A stretch of DNA of 64,000 nt, taken from the human T2T-CHM13v2.0 reference genome, Homo sapiens. A program made the translations under genes and the position numbers. The notes beneath the pieces were generated by a model. It did not search any database and was not told the origin of the DNA. It saw nothing but the letters and a program-made list of their open reading frames with translations. Shown here piece by piece: positions 17,431 through 29,650 of the stretch; positions within the stretch are counted from its first letter, which is position 1, and every line of letters begins with the position of its first letter. The DNA lies in the NCBI RefSeq assembly GCF_009914755.1, contig NC_060928.1; one strand, written 5' to 3'.

Positions 17431-19389
17431 TATAAGCATTTTTTTAGAAAGAATAACTAGACACTAGGTCATGTGGACAAAGCAATGGATCAGAAATTAG
17501 TGGATGACTGTGTTTTAATATTTATCATTAATAAGCCATGTTACTTCAGGCTAATCACTCAATCTTTCTGAACCCCAAATTAACTCACTGGCAAAATGAA
17601 TTAAATGATTTCTGAGGATCTTTCCAGCTCCAAAATTCAAGGATTCCACTTCTTTGCACATGATGAATAATACATCAAACTGTATGATCTTCACTCAGGC
17701 TACAAAGTGTCAAAATAAGGCAAAATCAAATCCGGTTGGACCTAGATTTTGAAAATACATAATTTTATCCTTTAGCTCAATGTAATCCAGGTGATCTACT
17801 ATCACATAAGATCTAACAATAAATAGAATGCATTTTCTCCTCTAAACAAGCTCTTCCTTCTAACTTCATTCTTTATATGAATAGGTTGAATATTTTCCCA
17901 TCCCTGGTCTTAACTGCTTTCTGCTCAAACCATTTCTGTAGGTTTCTATTCTATTTCTTCCTTACCCCAGTATTCTGTTGCAAAATCACTTGCTCTGCCC
18001 CAGCCAGTCTTTCACTCTGTTTTGCATTTGTGTTTATTATACTTTTCCTCCCACTGTCTGCCCTCCTCATCCTCAAAAAGCCTACCTATTCTTCAAGGCC
18101 CCACTTAAATCCCATTTTTTTTCTGAAGTCCTCTAAAGCCTTCAAGTTATGAAGTCTCTCTTTTCTCAAAAAAGAAAAAAAAAAAAAAAACAACTCCTAC
18201 AGGTTGGTTGGTCGTCTGTGTCCTTTGTATTGTTCTTTTCATGCACTGTTTTCGCACCATTGTTACTTATATAAATGCCTCATTTTTCCAAAAACACTGC
18301 AAGCCCCGGAAGGAAAAGAAAGAAGCCTATTGATTCATTTCTGTTGACTCCAGAGGACACAGTGCAGGGTCTTGTGCATAAAAAGTTGTTAATTGATCCT
18401 GTTACCCTCCAAAATGGCCATTATTACAGCTCTGCCAAATGTCAAACGTACAGGAAAATTTGATCCATGGCATGAAATGTTAAGAAAAACATAATGTAAA
18501 AGAGTGCTTTTGGAAGTGAGAAAATGGTGTTATCTTACTTATTAAACTTTATGTGTCTGTAACCCAGGTTTAGATAACTAAAACCAAGAACGCTGAACAC
18601 CTGCTACGAAAAGTTGGAAGGTCTCATAAAGCCAGGAACACAGAATATCTCCTGTGTTGTAAGGCTGGTGCCAAGGAAGTTAATTCGCCAAAGAGGACTA
18701 TAAAACATGAACAGCTCAAAGTTCAGCAACTGAAAGTTAAAAGACTTAGATGAAGATGACTTCACAAAACTCTCAGAAGTCCACTGTGTTTACTTCCATT
18801 TCCAACACATAGCTAACTTTTAGTTTAACTTTGAAAGTGCGTTTTATTTCATTTGCTTTGCTAATAGAGGTTTAATTGTCCATCAATTGAAGTTCAAGAA
18901 GAAAAGCCCAAATTGCTTGGCTAAGACCTAGCACTTGAAATCTCTGTATTTATGCATAGATAACAAATCAATACTACTCTCCAATCTGTCTGCTAATGGA
19001 ATTGTCACAGCATCTCCCTGAGCCCAGAAGAGACTCGCCGAAGTTCTGAACCAACACTCCTTCCCTCCCTCACTGACTGGCAGAAATCTATGGGCTCCAG
19101 TGGGTCAGGCAAATCGAACATTTAAAAAGTATAACTACTTGTTGGTTTAGAATGGGGAGTATGTGTCTTTATCATCAACCAGAGTCCATTATGGTAAGAT
19201 TTAATAACTTGCACTAAAAATGAGGTGCAAACAGGTGGCCCCCAGACTTAATGAGTCCCTTCTACAGAAGGGTGTGTTGCATCTGGGTGTGTGTGTGTGT
19301 GTGTGTGTGGAGTGTGTGTCCTGCATGGTTTTCTCTTCCTCCTTCCTTTCCTCTTCCCCTTCCCTTTCTTTTTCCTTCTTTCTCTTTTT

Positions 19390-19980
19390 TTAAACCTTTT
19401 TTTTAAGTTCAGAGGTAAATGTGTAGGTTTGTTACATGGGTAAACTCATGTAACAGGGGTTTGCTGAACAGATTATTTCATCACCCAGTTATTAAGCCTA
19501 GTACCCATTAGTTAGTTTTTTTCTGATCCTCTCCCTCCTCCCACTCTCCACCCTCTGATAGGCCCTAGTGTCTGTTGTTCTCCTGTATGTGTCCATGGGT
19601 TCTCATCATTTAGCTCCCACTTAAAAGTGAAGTATTTGATTTTCTGTTGCTGCATTAGTTTGCTAAGGATAATGGCCTCCAGCTCTATCCATGTTTCTGC
19701 AAAAGACATGATCTCATTCTTTTTTTATGGCTGCATAGTATTCCATGGTGTATGCGTATCACATTTTCTTTATCCAGTTTATCATTGCTGGGCATTTAGG
19801 TTGATTCCATGTCTTTGCTATCGTGAATAGTGCTGCAATGAACATACACATGCATGTGTCTTTACGACAGAACGATTTATAATCCTTTGGAATATACACC
19901 ATAATGGAATTGCTGGGTTGAATGGTAGTTCTGTTTTTAGGTCTTTGAGGAATCTCCACAATGTTTTCCACAATGATGGA
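19390..19980 (-). mobile_element. L1PA/PB 3' end (5'-truncated), preceded by (GT)n and CT-rich tracts
   Basis: TATTTCATCACCCAG..AGCCTAGTACCC; ORF2 C-terminal remnant KDTCMCMFIAALFTIAKTWNQPKCP. Confidence 0.92.
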
Positions 19981-20088
19981 ACTCTTTCCCTTTTTCCTTC
20001 CCTTTCTTTTCCTTCTTTTTCTTTTGAATTGAAGAGATCTTTCATAAAAATCCAGAATTCTCCCTTGCCTCTATTTATTGTTAAGGTT

Positions 20089-20122
20089 TGCATTTCCACA
20101 TGGCAACCACTAGGTGGCGCTG
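20089..20122 (+). promoter_or_regulatory. CTCF binding site (core plus upstream module)
   Basis: TGCATTTCC-ACATGGCAA-CCACTAGGTGGCGCTG: near-consensus core with ZF9-11 upstream motif at canonical spacing. Confidence 0.8.
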
Positions 20123-20299
20123 AGAAGAACTGTCCCCCTTGACGGGCGTGGACTCTCCAAGTGACCAGGAGTCCTGCTACACTTGTTAACATTACTTACC
20201 TGGGGTTGTGTGTGCAGCTGGGTTTGAAGACCTTGCTCTAAGAGTACTGACAGTAGACTTCCCACTCTAATTTGCAGGCCTCTGAGGGCAGTCTGACAT

Positions 20300-20535
20300 T
20301 GTGTTTAAGAACATGGACTCTGGGGCAGACTCCTTGGATTAGAATATCAGTTCCACCACCTAGCTTTAGCTCTGTGTGCTTGGGCAAGTAACTCAACCTC
20401 TCAGGGCCCCAGTTTAATCTATAAACTGAGGATAATAATAGTACAGCCTCATTGGGTTGTCATGAGGAATAGATTTGGCCTTTAGAACAAACAGCAACTT
20501 GGCACATATTAAGCACCATAAAAGTGTTAGCCTCT
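20300..20535 (+). mobile_element. MIR (near full length)
   Basis: TTGGGCAAGTAACTCAACCTCTC...GATAATAATAGTAC..CTCATTGGGTTGT. Confidence 0.85.
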
Positions 20536-20567
20536 TTTAGAAACCTTGGTATTTAAGCTTTTATCTG

Positions 20568-20970
20568 TGTTAAAGTAAAAGTTATTCTGACACTTGTTAA
20601 AATGGTAAGAAGACTTTATTCAGGACTTTTGTGATGGGTATCAAGAATATTGCAATAGAGTAGAGAGATGGGGCTCAAATTCAAATACAACAAGAACAAG
20701 TAGAGATATTTAGCCAAGGAGAGGGTTGTGGTGGGGGGCAGGTGTGTCAGTGGATGTAAAATTACTAAGAGGAGACATCAAGCGAAGGGGGATTTTTGCT
20801 AAACCACTTAACAAATTCTTGCTGAAAGCATGGTTGACCAAAGCGATCAGATGTCAGGGATGGTGAATTCTCTCTAAGCTGGCTTAGCAAGGTTCTTGCT
20901 AAAACTGGACTCTGCAAAAGATGAACACAGATGCCTAAGGTCAAGACCTGGTTGAGAAGAGGGCTCAGCA
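20568..20970 (-). mobile_element. MER31-type ERV1 LTR
   Basis: Reverse complement has CTGAGCCCTCTTCTCAAC... and ends AATAAAGTCTTCTTACCATTTTAACAAGTGTCAGAATAAC...TTTAACA. Confidence 0.75.
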
Positions 20971-22619
20971 AATAAAGGTTTTCTTAAAAGACTCTCTGTA
21001 ACATTATAAATTCTTCCTGAATTGAGCAGAAATCACACAGAAGCTAATGGTACCTCTGAGTTTATCTTTAAGTTTAATGGGAACCGTATCCTTGACAGCA
21101 GACTCTTTTGGCACCTATCCTTAAAATCGTGAGCAGAGACTTAAAGCCTTGTTCTGGTAATACAGCAAGACTTCAGGGTAAACATTATCCACCTTTTACA
21201 GGGAGGGAAACTGAGGCCCAGAGGCTAAGTAACCCACTCAAGATGGAATACCTGTAATTCCTGTTGAACTGAATTCTAATGGATGCGAATGCCTGGACCC
21301 TTCCTATGCTGCTTCCTTATTAACTGTAACCATGAGAAGAAAATGGAAAGAAAGAAAAAATTTTAAAATTTTTATAGATATCTATATATCTATATATATC
21401 TCCCTAGAGGAGAGGGAACCTTCTATTTGCAAGTGATTTGCAATCCAGGGGCAGCCTAGATGGCATTAACATCCACTACAGTGACATTCATAACTGGTCA
21501 CCTTAGGGAAAGTCCAACCAGCTTGTTGAAAGCTGACACTGTCACTGACCATTCTGAAAATAGTGAGTTCCACTACTATGCCATGCTGCCTATTTTCATA
21601 ACAGACACCTGCACTTAATAAGAGAGGCAGCAGGGAATCTCAGCCCTTTGTGACTTCCCCCAAAGCCACGCTGATGGGAAGAGCATTAAGCAGAACGGAT
21701 GGGGAGAGGTGTGGTGGCCCTGGACCGACAGGAGGCTGATGTAGTGCAGGTCATAGTGATAATCCTGTGGGCAGCAATTACCTTAGCCCACTTCAGAACC
21801 ACTGCACTGCTAGAACAAGGGCTCCAGGATGTCATCATGCCTCTTTAGTGATATTAAATAAGAGTTACAGGGACCTCAGTGAGCACCTTTCTTTCCAGCC
21901 ATCTGACAGCTGTTTTTAGTAATCAGATAGCTCCTGCAAAGACCCTCAGAGAACAGCAAGGCAAAAAGTAAGAGATTACTAATCCTCAAGAAAAGAGTAA
22001 AGAAAAAACATCATCTGGCATCCTATTCAATCTGATCTAATTGCTCCCTTTAATTGGGAACTTTTGCCTGGATCATTTGCATTCTGAACCCAGCAGATTC
22101 TGCCAGTGCAGAGTTTGAAGGAGAAGTGATTCAATCCTAGGAAACAGCCACAGGCTGGGAAGAGCAGTCCCTTCTTCTTTCTTTAAAAACATCATACCGG
22201 GGCACTAACAGCTGCCTAAAATGCACTTTTTGAAGACATTAGCTGAAAAATTGTTTTGTCCCTTCAGACTGTGGCTAAAGCAAGTCAAAATGGCTGAAGA
22301 GAAAGGAAGACTGCTTTGCTTAGTGCTACTAACAGTGTCATGTGGACTTTCAATTATAATGGTTACTTTAATAAAAGGCTCATGAGAAACAAGCTGCATC
22401 CCTTCTCCCCATCCAGTTTGTCTTTTCAACATTGTTCTAGAAAAACGAGCGCATGGCCTGTTATCTTACTGAATTCCACTGTAAGCAAGACTGGATAAAA
22501 ACCAAGAGGTTAAAAAAAAAGGGGTTTAAGAAGCACGATGACCCTAAATATTCCCCCTTTTGTCAAATACAATTTGAACAGATGGCTTCTAAATTCACAA
22601 CAGATTAGAATCATGGGAC

Positions 22620-22830
22620 AGCAAGCACTTATTTCTTGCTTTCTCTATTGCAGACACTGTTCTGTATGTGAACTCATCTACTCCTTAGAACAGCTCTATA
22701 AGGATGGTCTTACTATGTGCCCTGCTTTGCAGATCTGGAATCTGAGGCAAGGTCACACCACTAGTGAGTTGTGCAGACCGAATTTAAATCCAGACCATCT
22801 GGCTCCTGAGTCCACATTGTTAACCAGTTT
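22620..22830 (-). mobile_element. MIR
   Basis: CAGATCTGGAATCTGAGGCAAGGTCACAC...ATTTAAATCCAG. Confidence 0.65.
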
Positions 22831-23177
22831 TACACAGGGAAGAGAGACCTCTTTTAATTTTTATTTTTTGTGGAGGCAAACTCAATGACTTGGACAAGCA
22901 GCATCATCAGACAGTAAGAACAGTAACAGAAAACTCAAAAAGCATAGTGGTATAGGAACATTCCTTTAAACCCTATTACTAACCGAAGCTAATAAAGGTC
23001 AATTGGGCAATACAGAAATCCGATACAGAAATCTTCATAATGATTAATCCAGTTTGGACATTTTAAGAGCCATAGACTCTTCTGAGAAGTTGATGAAAAC
23101 CATGAACCCTCTAGAATCACATGCATGTACGTGTACACACACATATTTGCAGATCATTTTAGAAGGTTTACGCTCAG

Positions 23178-23977
23178 TGTTTTAGGGGAGGGAAAATTCT
23201 TTTTCCTCTTACCTTCCTAGGTTCTCTGGCTGGAGCCCTGAGAACCTAGGAAGGTAGTAGGAAAAAGAATTTCCAGACAAACGCCAGAGTATCAAAAGAA
23301 AAGCATATAACTGTATTTAACATAAGCTTTATGTGACATAGAAGCCTTCAAAAGGAAATGAAGACTTGTAGAATGGTTAAGCCTGAGCATTTTTTTTTTT
23401 TGAGACAGAGTCTTGCTCTGTCACCAGGGTGGAGCACAGTGGTGCCAACCTGCAACCTCCACCTCCTGGGTTCAAGCAATTCTCGTGCCTCAGTCTCCCG
23501 AGTAGCTAGGATTAAAGGCATGCACCACAACACCCAGCTAGTTTTTGTCTTTTTAGTAGAGATGGGGTTTCATCATGTTAGCCAGGATGGTCTCCATCTC
23601 CTGACCTCGTGATCCACTCCCTCGACCTCCCAAAGTGCTGGGATTACAGGCATGAGCCACTGTGCCTGGCCAAACCTGAGCATTTTTATAGTAGGGTTGA
23701 TGAAGAGTGGAAAATCATGGAAAAATGTGATAAGACAAATGGGCAGGAGCTAAGAGTAGTAAACTGCTGGAAACTTAGCAAGGCCTGTTCCTTTGACTCC
23801 ACTTGGATTCCCTCTGGGTATGGGGAGGGCACCCCTCACATGAGGGTCGTATGACCTGCTTTGGAGAGAAAGGGGCGTGAGAGTCCTTCCTGTACTTGCC
23901 ATTTCTCAAATTCCTTCAGCTTAAAATAGTCACTATGCCAAGGCGCCCTACGTCGGGGTAGTTTCTGAGCCCTGTCA
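23178..23977 (-). mobile_element. MER34/MER39-family ERV1 LTR split by an Alu
   Basis: Reverse complement begins TGACAGGGCTCAGAAACTACCCC...TTGGCATAGTGACTATTTTAAGCTGAAGGAATTTGAGAA. Confidence 0.7.
23391..23671 (-). mobile_element. AluS (Sc-like)
   Basis: Dimer; TSD aagcctgagcattttt / aaacctgagcattttt. Confidence 0.93.
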
Positions 23978-25055
23978 CTAGCAGCCTTTCCACGGCTGCA
24001 CATTAGTATCCTTTTCTCTATGGCATTGGAAAATGTCACAAAATAAAATGGACCTGCTTCAAAGACTTGTTATGAGCTCAAATGAAATAGGTTAAACACT
24101 TAGCATGCTGCTTAGAATATAATAAACAATCGTGAGTTATTATTCTTAAAAATTCGTATTTTGGCATAATTTACCTATGGAGGCAGGAATTATGAAATGT
24201 ATTTTACAGAGAGTCCATCTTACATGGTCCAACATTTAAATAAGTTTACTATATGTTCCCCTAAATCCCAATCTAAAGACTACCACTTGAAGAAGTAACA
24301 TTTAGCTAACTTGAAAATTAACACACAATAAGCTTTATTCTTTTTCATTCAGGTGGGAGGAATAGACTTTTTTGGTCCGTTTTCAACAAAAATATTTTTT
24401 AAAAAACTTGAACTCTTCTCCAGAAGAGGTGATTAAAACATTTAGGTTTGTTATTCTTTCCTTCTCTAATCAAGCTGGATCTTACCATCTACTTGGTTTG
24501 CCTGACAAATATTCAAATCTGAATATTTTCTTCTTTTGCAACTCAGCTTTGAAGGACTTCAATTGCAAGCTTATTTTAATTGCAAAGAGAATGCAACAGG
24601 ATCTCAGGGCTAATCTCAGGGTTAAACAACACGCTAATAAAAGTAAACTAGGCAGCCTCCATTTGCATGTTTTTGCATTTGCATTTTAAAATCCTGTGTT
24701 AGATATGATCAAAGCTGCTCTGCATCCCAATTTTCTACAGGATATATTTAGCACCAGTAAAGTGCCACTCAGCCTTACAAACAAGTATTCTTGTCCTTGC
24801 TGCATTCTTGACCTTACTGATCTTGCTGCCTTTTTCTCTGGCTGCCACACTGCCCCCCTCTACCACCCCCAACTGTTCCAGGTTCACATTAAAACAAGTC
24901 TTCCACTCCACTTGCTTGCCTTTTGGCAAAGGCATCTTCCAAATGCAGAGGCGGACACCTAAGTGGGAGATCCCTGCTATGCCATAATAGGCTGAGAGCT
25001 TATTGGTAATTTCTGCTTTTAGCTCACATCAGACACCACCAAGTCAGACACCACC

Positions 25056-25264
25056 AAGTTCAAGCAGTACTCTTGCCTCAGCCTCCTGAGCAGCTGGGAT
25101 TACAGATGTGTGCCACCACACCTGGCTAATTTTTTTGTATTTTTAACAGAGAAGGGGTTTCGCCATGTTGGCCAGGCTGGTCTCGAACTCCTGACCTCAG
25201 GTGATCCACCGGCTTCAGTCTCCCAAAGTGCTGGGATTACAGGCGTGAGCCACCACGCCTGGCC
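25056..25264 (-). mobile_element. AluSx lacking its 3' end and tail
   Basis: Alu similarity starts at GTTCAAGCAGTACTCTTGCCTCAGCC and runs to GCCTGGCC. Confidence 0.9.
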
Positions 25265-26310
25265 CTACTTGGGTCTTTAATCACATTGGAGGATGGAAAA
25301 ATGTCTGGTGGCAATATTTATACAGTGAGGAATCCACAGGGAAAGGGAGCTGTTCACTGAGATGGTGCCTTGGGGGCTCTTCTGCTCTTAGAGAACACAG
25401 AGAAACCCAGGAATAGGCAAATTCCTCAGGGTCTTATGGTCTATACCTGCTCTGTGCTCCCCATTTGCTGTTTGCAAGGAGAACCAGGCTGCCTGAGAGA
25501 ATGTGGGGTGCTCTGCTCTTGAGAATGAATAGCTTCTTTGCTGGGGCCACAATCTTCAGGTTTGATCTGACAGTTGTGATTAAAAAAGCGAGGAAGAGAA
25601 GGAAAGAACCCGTCACTCTCTTGCTTTACAGTCTGTAAAACATTAAGTTAGGCATCGCGAGTACATAAAGGTTTTGCTTTTTGCCCTTAAGGAAATATCA
25701 ATCCTTTTGAGGAGACAAGACAAATTCAATAAGAAGCTATAAGTGAGCAAGAGTGTATATAATTAAGTGGCTTAATGCAGTGGTAATAAACTGCTTTGTA
25801 GATGTTCAAATCAGGGAAAAGGCCAATATTTCTAATTCAATTGACATTTCCTGTATAGCTATTCTATAGGCTAGAAAAAGTTGCCCCTATGTAAGTAAGT
25901 CTAAAGAAAAGTGAACATTTGAAATAAGAGAAAGGTGAATCAAGTAAAGATGAAAAAGAATGGTCTTTCATTAAAGATAAAATAATCCCTTAAATCACAC
26001 AAAGACAATTACAAAATACTGCTGACATCCATTCATTTATTTAATAAGCTAACTGCCTTTTTGTGCCAGATATTCAGTATACAAATATAAATAAGACACA
26101 CTTATGTCTCTGAGGAGCTCACACTTCCTGCATTAAACAGAATTAAAGTGTTGTAAAAGAAACAAAACACAACCCCCGCCCCCCAATGTCCTATAGAAGT
26201 ACAGAGGATTTGTCATTTTATTCAGCACAGATCTTAAATTAGAGTGGAGAATCCTAAGCTTTGTAAGACGTATTTAATATGATCAAGAGGAGCTAGATGT
26301 TAATCTAGGG

Positions 26311-26533
26311 TAGAGTTTCTCACCCTGGAACTATCGACATTTTGGACCAGATAGCTTGTAGTGGGGAAGGGAAGAAAGGAGGATTGTCCTATGCACAGTA
26401 GGATGTTTAGCAGCGCAATGCTGGCCTCCGCTCCCCAGATCCCAGTAGTGCCCCTACTTCCAGCTGTGACAATAAAAAATGTCTCCAGACATTTCTGGGA
26501 GGACGTAATTGTCCCTGATTGAAAGAACCACTG
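26311..26533. mobile_element. MER20 (hAT-Charlie MITE)
   Basis: GACATTTTGGACCAGATA...AGGATGTTTAGCAGC...GTGACAATAAAAAATGTCTCCAGACATT...GAACCACTG. Confidence 0.88.
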
Positions 26534-26669
26534 ATCCAGGAGGTGAGCATATTTACCTTTGATAGACAGAAATCTCCTTAGAATGAATGCCTGTGAGTTG
26601 ATGTAAGATAACTTATTCCAGCTGGATATGACTTAATGATATAGTTTTCGGCTCTCAAGTCAAAGAGAG

Positions 26670-27620
26670 CACTTCTCATACTCTACCTGTGAGAATGCAA
26701 GTTAGTATAATTCCTATAAGGAACAATTTGGCAATGTTTATCAAAAATGCCAGTTTGTATACACTGACTCTGCAATTCCACCTCAGGTACTAATGTTGTA
26801 AGTAAACTAAATAAATGTGCTAATTGATATATGCACAAGGTTTTTCACTACATGAAATAACAACAGATTAGAAGCAATTTAAATGTCCATTAATAAGAAG
26901 TTAGTTATAAAAATTATGCTATTTTGATGAAATGAATACTAAGCAGCCATACTCAGTAACGAGGAAGCTCTTTAAGAATTGATATGGGGCTGGGTGAGGT
27001 GGCTCCAGCTGTAATTCTAGGACTTCGGGAGGCTGTAGGGGGGTGGATAGCCTGAGCTTAGGAGTTCAAGACCAGCCTGGGCAACATGGTGAAACCCCGT
27101 CTCTACTAAAAATACACACACACACACAAATTAGCCTGGCATGGTGGCACGCGCCTGTGGTCCCAGCTACTTGGTTAGGAGGCTGAGGTGGTGGAACTGC
27201 TTGAGCCTGGGAGGCAGAGGTTGCAGTGAGTTGAGATGCTGCCACTGCACTCCAGCCTAGATGACGGAGTGAGACCCAGTCTCAAAAAAAAAAAAAAAAA
27301 AAGAATTGATATGGAATAATCTCCAAAATACATTTTTAAGTAAAACAGCAACTAAAACAAAACAAAAATCCAATAATAATAATAAAATTTCAAGATACTG
27401 GCATATTTTGTATGCTACCATTTGTATTAAGAAGAGAAAAATGAGTATCTTTGCTTGTAGACATATAAAATATTGCTGCAAGGATAAATAAAAAATTGCT
27501 ATCAGAGAAGGAAGATGGTGCTTGGGGGACAGAATGGATGGAACATTTTTCGCTTAGTATCCTTTTGTATTTTTGGAATTTTAAACTATATGAACTTATT
27601 ACCTACTCAAAAATAATAAA
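26670..27620 (+). mobile_element. L1ME-type 3' relic split by an Alu
   Basis: ACAATTTGGCAAT...GCAATTCCAC...AAATGTCCATTAATA...GAATACTAAGCAGCCAT. Confidence 0.65.
26988..27300 (+). mobile_element. Alu (J/S) with (CA)n linker
   Basis: Dimer with A-tail; perfect 14-bp TSD aagaattgatatgg. Confidence 0.95.
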
Positions 27621-28503
27621 AAAAATGTAAGGCCTGGTGCTCCTCACCTAGGCAAAACTGAGCAAGCATGCACGCTGACGTTTCTGTCAGTGATGATGGA
27701 TTCGTGCTGGTCTACGCTTCAACACCCTTTCCATCTGCTCTTTGCTGTGCAGGGAGGTCAGCCTGGCCATGCAACTAAGGAAACCATAATTTTCTTATCC
27801 ATCTTGGTTATCTAAAAGCTCCAAGCTGGGCAATGTGAGTAGTTTTCAAAGTCAACAGCTGAGAAATGCTTTTTAAAGTAATGTCTGTTAGGCCACAAAA
27901 TAAAAGTTTACTTAAGTTACTTTTCCCAGACTTTCTGACTCCTGTTTATTAGTTGATTTCTCTGCCCTGCCCACCCTCCGCCATCCCCCTACTTTCCTAT
28001 TCCTGGTAGCTCTAGCAGTTGGTTTTCAAATCATACATTCCTCAAACAATAAATCCAAAGATGACCTAAGACAAACAACTACGAAATTAAGTCAAAACAT
28101 CAATAAAAGTGATTAAGAAAAAAATGCATTTATTTTTATTTCTCTAGTCTATATTTTGGGAATTGACTAAATGTCAACATACAAAATTTAGAAAACATAT
28201 TTTAATTGCCAGTTATCAAATCCACGTCTTCTGTCAGTACTGGGCTTAACTGAATTTATCATATCTCATGAAAGCACAATATTATACTAACTGGTCTCAT
28301 TCAGTCAATGCTAAACACTTACCCGCCACTTGCTGCTAATGTTACCTTTGTAAAACAAACAAATATGCCACTTCTCTGTGCATAAAAAATTTTAATCGTT
28401 CCCCATTCACCTACAAAATAAGATGTATACATTTGGGCACAATTTAAAAAAATGTCCTTCACTATCTGATCCATTTCATTTTCTGATTGGTATGTTCTCT
28501 TAT

Positions 28504-28843
28504 TGAGATAGCCAGGTGGGAGGGGGTCCCCGGAGAATCTCCATCCAGCCTGTGCACTGGCGGGAATGTGCACTGGGGTGGAGGCCCAGGAAGTCTGCAC
28601 CATTTGCTGCAGGGAGGAGCCTGGCCCCTCCTCTTCCTGTGTGAAACCTGGGATTCAAATGGCCAGGCAGGAAGCACTGTAGCAGGGACTCAGGCCTTTG
28701 GAGTGTCCCTGTTTCCCCTTCTTCCTTTTCACTCAATAAAACCCTGTATTACTAACCATTCAAATTGCCTGTGAGCCTGAATTTTCGTGGCTGTAGGACA
28801 AAGTACCCCATCTTTAGCTGAACTAAGGAAAAGTCCTGCAGCA
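28504..28843 (+). mobile_element. MER61-type ERV1 solo LTR
   Basis: TGAGATAGCCAGGTGGGAGGGGGTCCCC...AATAAA...TAGCTGAACTAAGGAAAAGTCCTGCAGCA; TG..CA ends, 4-bp TSD ttat. Confidence 0.8.
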
Positions 28844-28909
28844 TTATTGTCATTTGTCAGATTCTGTGTGTTATTTACGTATCTGAAAACAAGCTTCAAA
28901 AAAGGATTA

Positions 28910-29040
28910 TGGTCTTCATTTTACAGATGAGGAAACTGAGGCCCAGAGAATTTCAGCTCATCAAAGATGTGCATTTACTAAGTAGCAGAGTTGAAATTCA
29001 AAACCAAGTCTGACTCCCAAACTCATGTTCTTAAGTGTCT
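28910..29040 (-). mobile_element. MIR
   Basis: CATTTTACAGATGAGGAAACTGAGGCCCAGAGA core. Confidence 0.85.
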
Positions 29041-29236
29041 CCAAGAGTACAGAATGGGAAATAAACATGAACTCATAATGTATGGGGATAAAAGAAAACA
29101 TTTCAAAAGCATTTTTGAAAGGTAATTTTGCCCCAAGATCTTTTCTGATAACACCAAACAGTAGCAATTGTTCCATTTCTCTTCTTCTATATCAGTTTGT
29201 TTTACCAACCTCAGGACACTTTGCACATATTGCCTC

Positions 29237-29650
29237 TTCTATAGTTTCAATGTTTGTCTTTCCAAAACTCGTGTTGAAATTTAATCCCCAGTGTTGGAGG
29301 TGGGGCCTAGTGAGATGTGTTTAGGTCATGGGGGTGGATTCCTTGTGAATAATGTCTTCCCTTGCAGATGAATGAGTTCTCTATTAGTTCCCATGAGAGC
29401 TGATAGATAAAAAGAGCCTGGCACCTACTGCCCCTCTCTTGCTTCCTCTCTCCCAGTTTGATCTCTGCACACCCTGGCTCCCTTTTGCCTTCTACCATGA
29501 GTGGAAGCAGCCTGAAGCCTTCCCCAGAAGCAGATACTGGTCCCAGGCTTTTTGTACAACCTGCAGAACTGTGAGTGAAATAAACCTCTTTTCTTAATAA
29601 ATTACCTAGCCTCAGGTATTCCTTTATAACAACACAAACAAACTAAGCCT
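29237..29650 (+). mobile_element. MSTB/MSTD-type MaLR LTR
   Basis: CCAAAACTCGTGTTGAAATTTAATCCCCAGTGTTGGAGGTGGGGCC...AAATTACCTAGCCTCAGGTATTCCTTTATA. Confidence 0.88.

Noticed and set aside
19759-19971. ORF with L1 ORF2 C-terminal similarity
   Set aside because: Fragment of a truncated L1, not a gene.
21355-21400. AT-only palindromes and (TA)n tracts (also 35690, 51260, 63825)
   Set aside because: Low-complexity self-complementarity.
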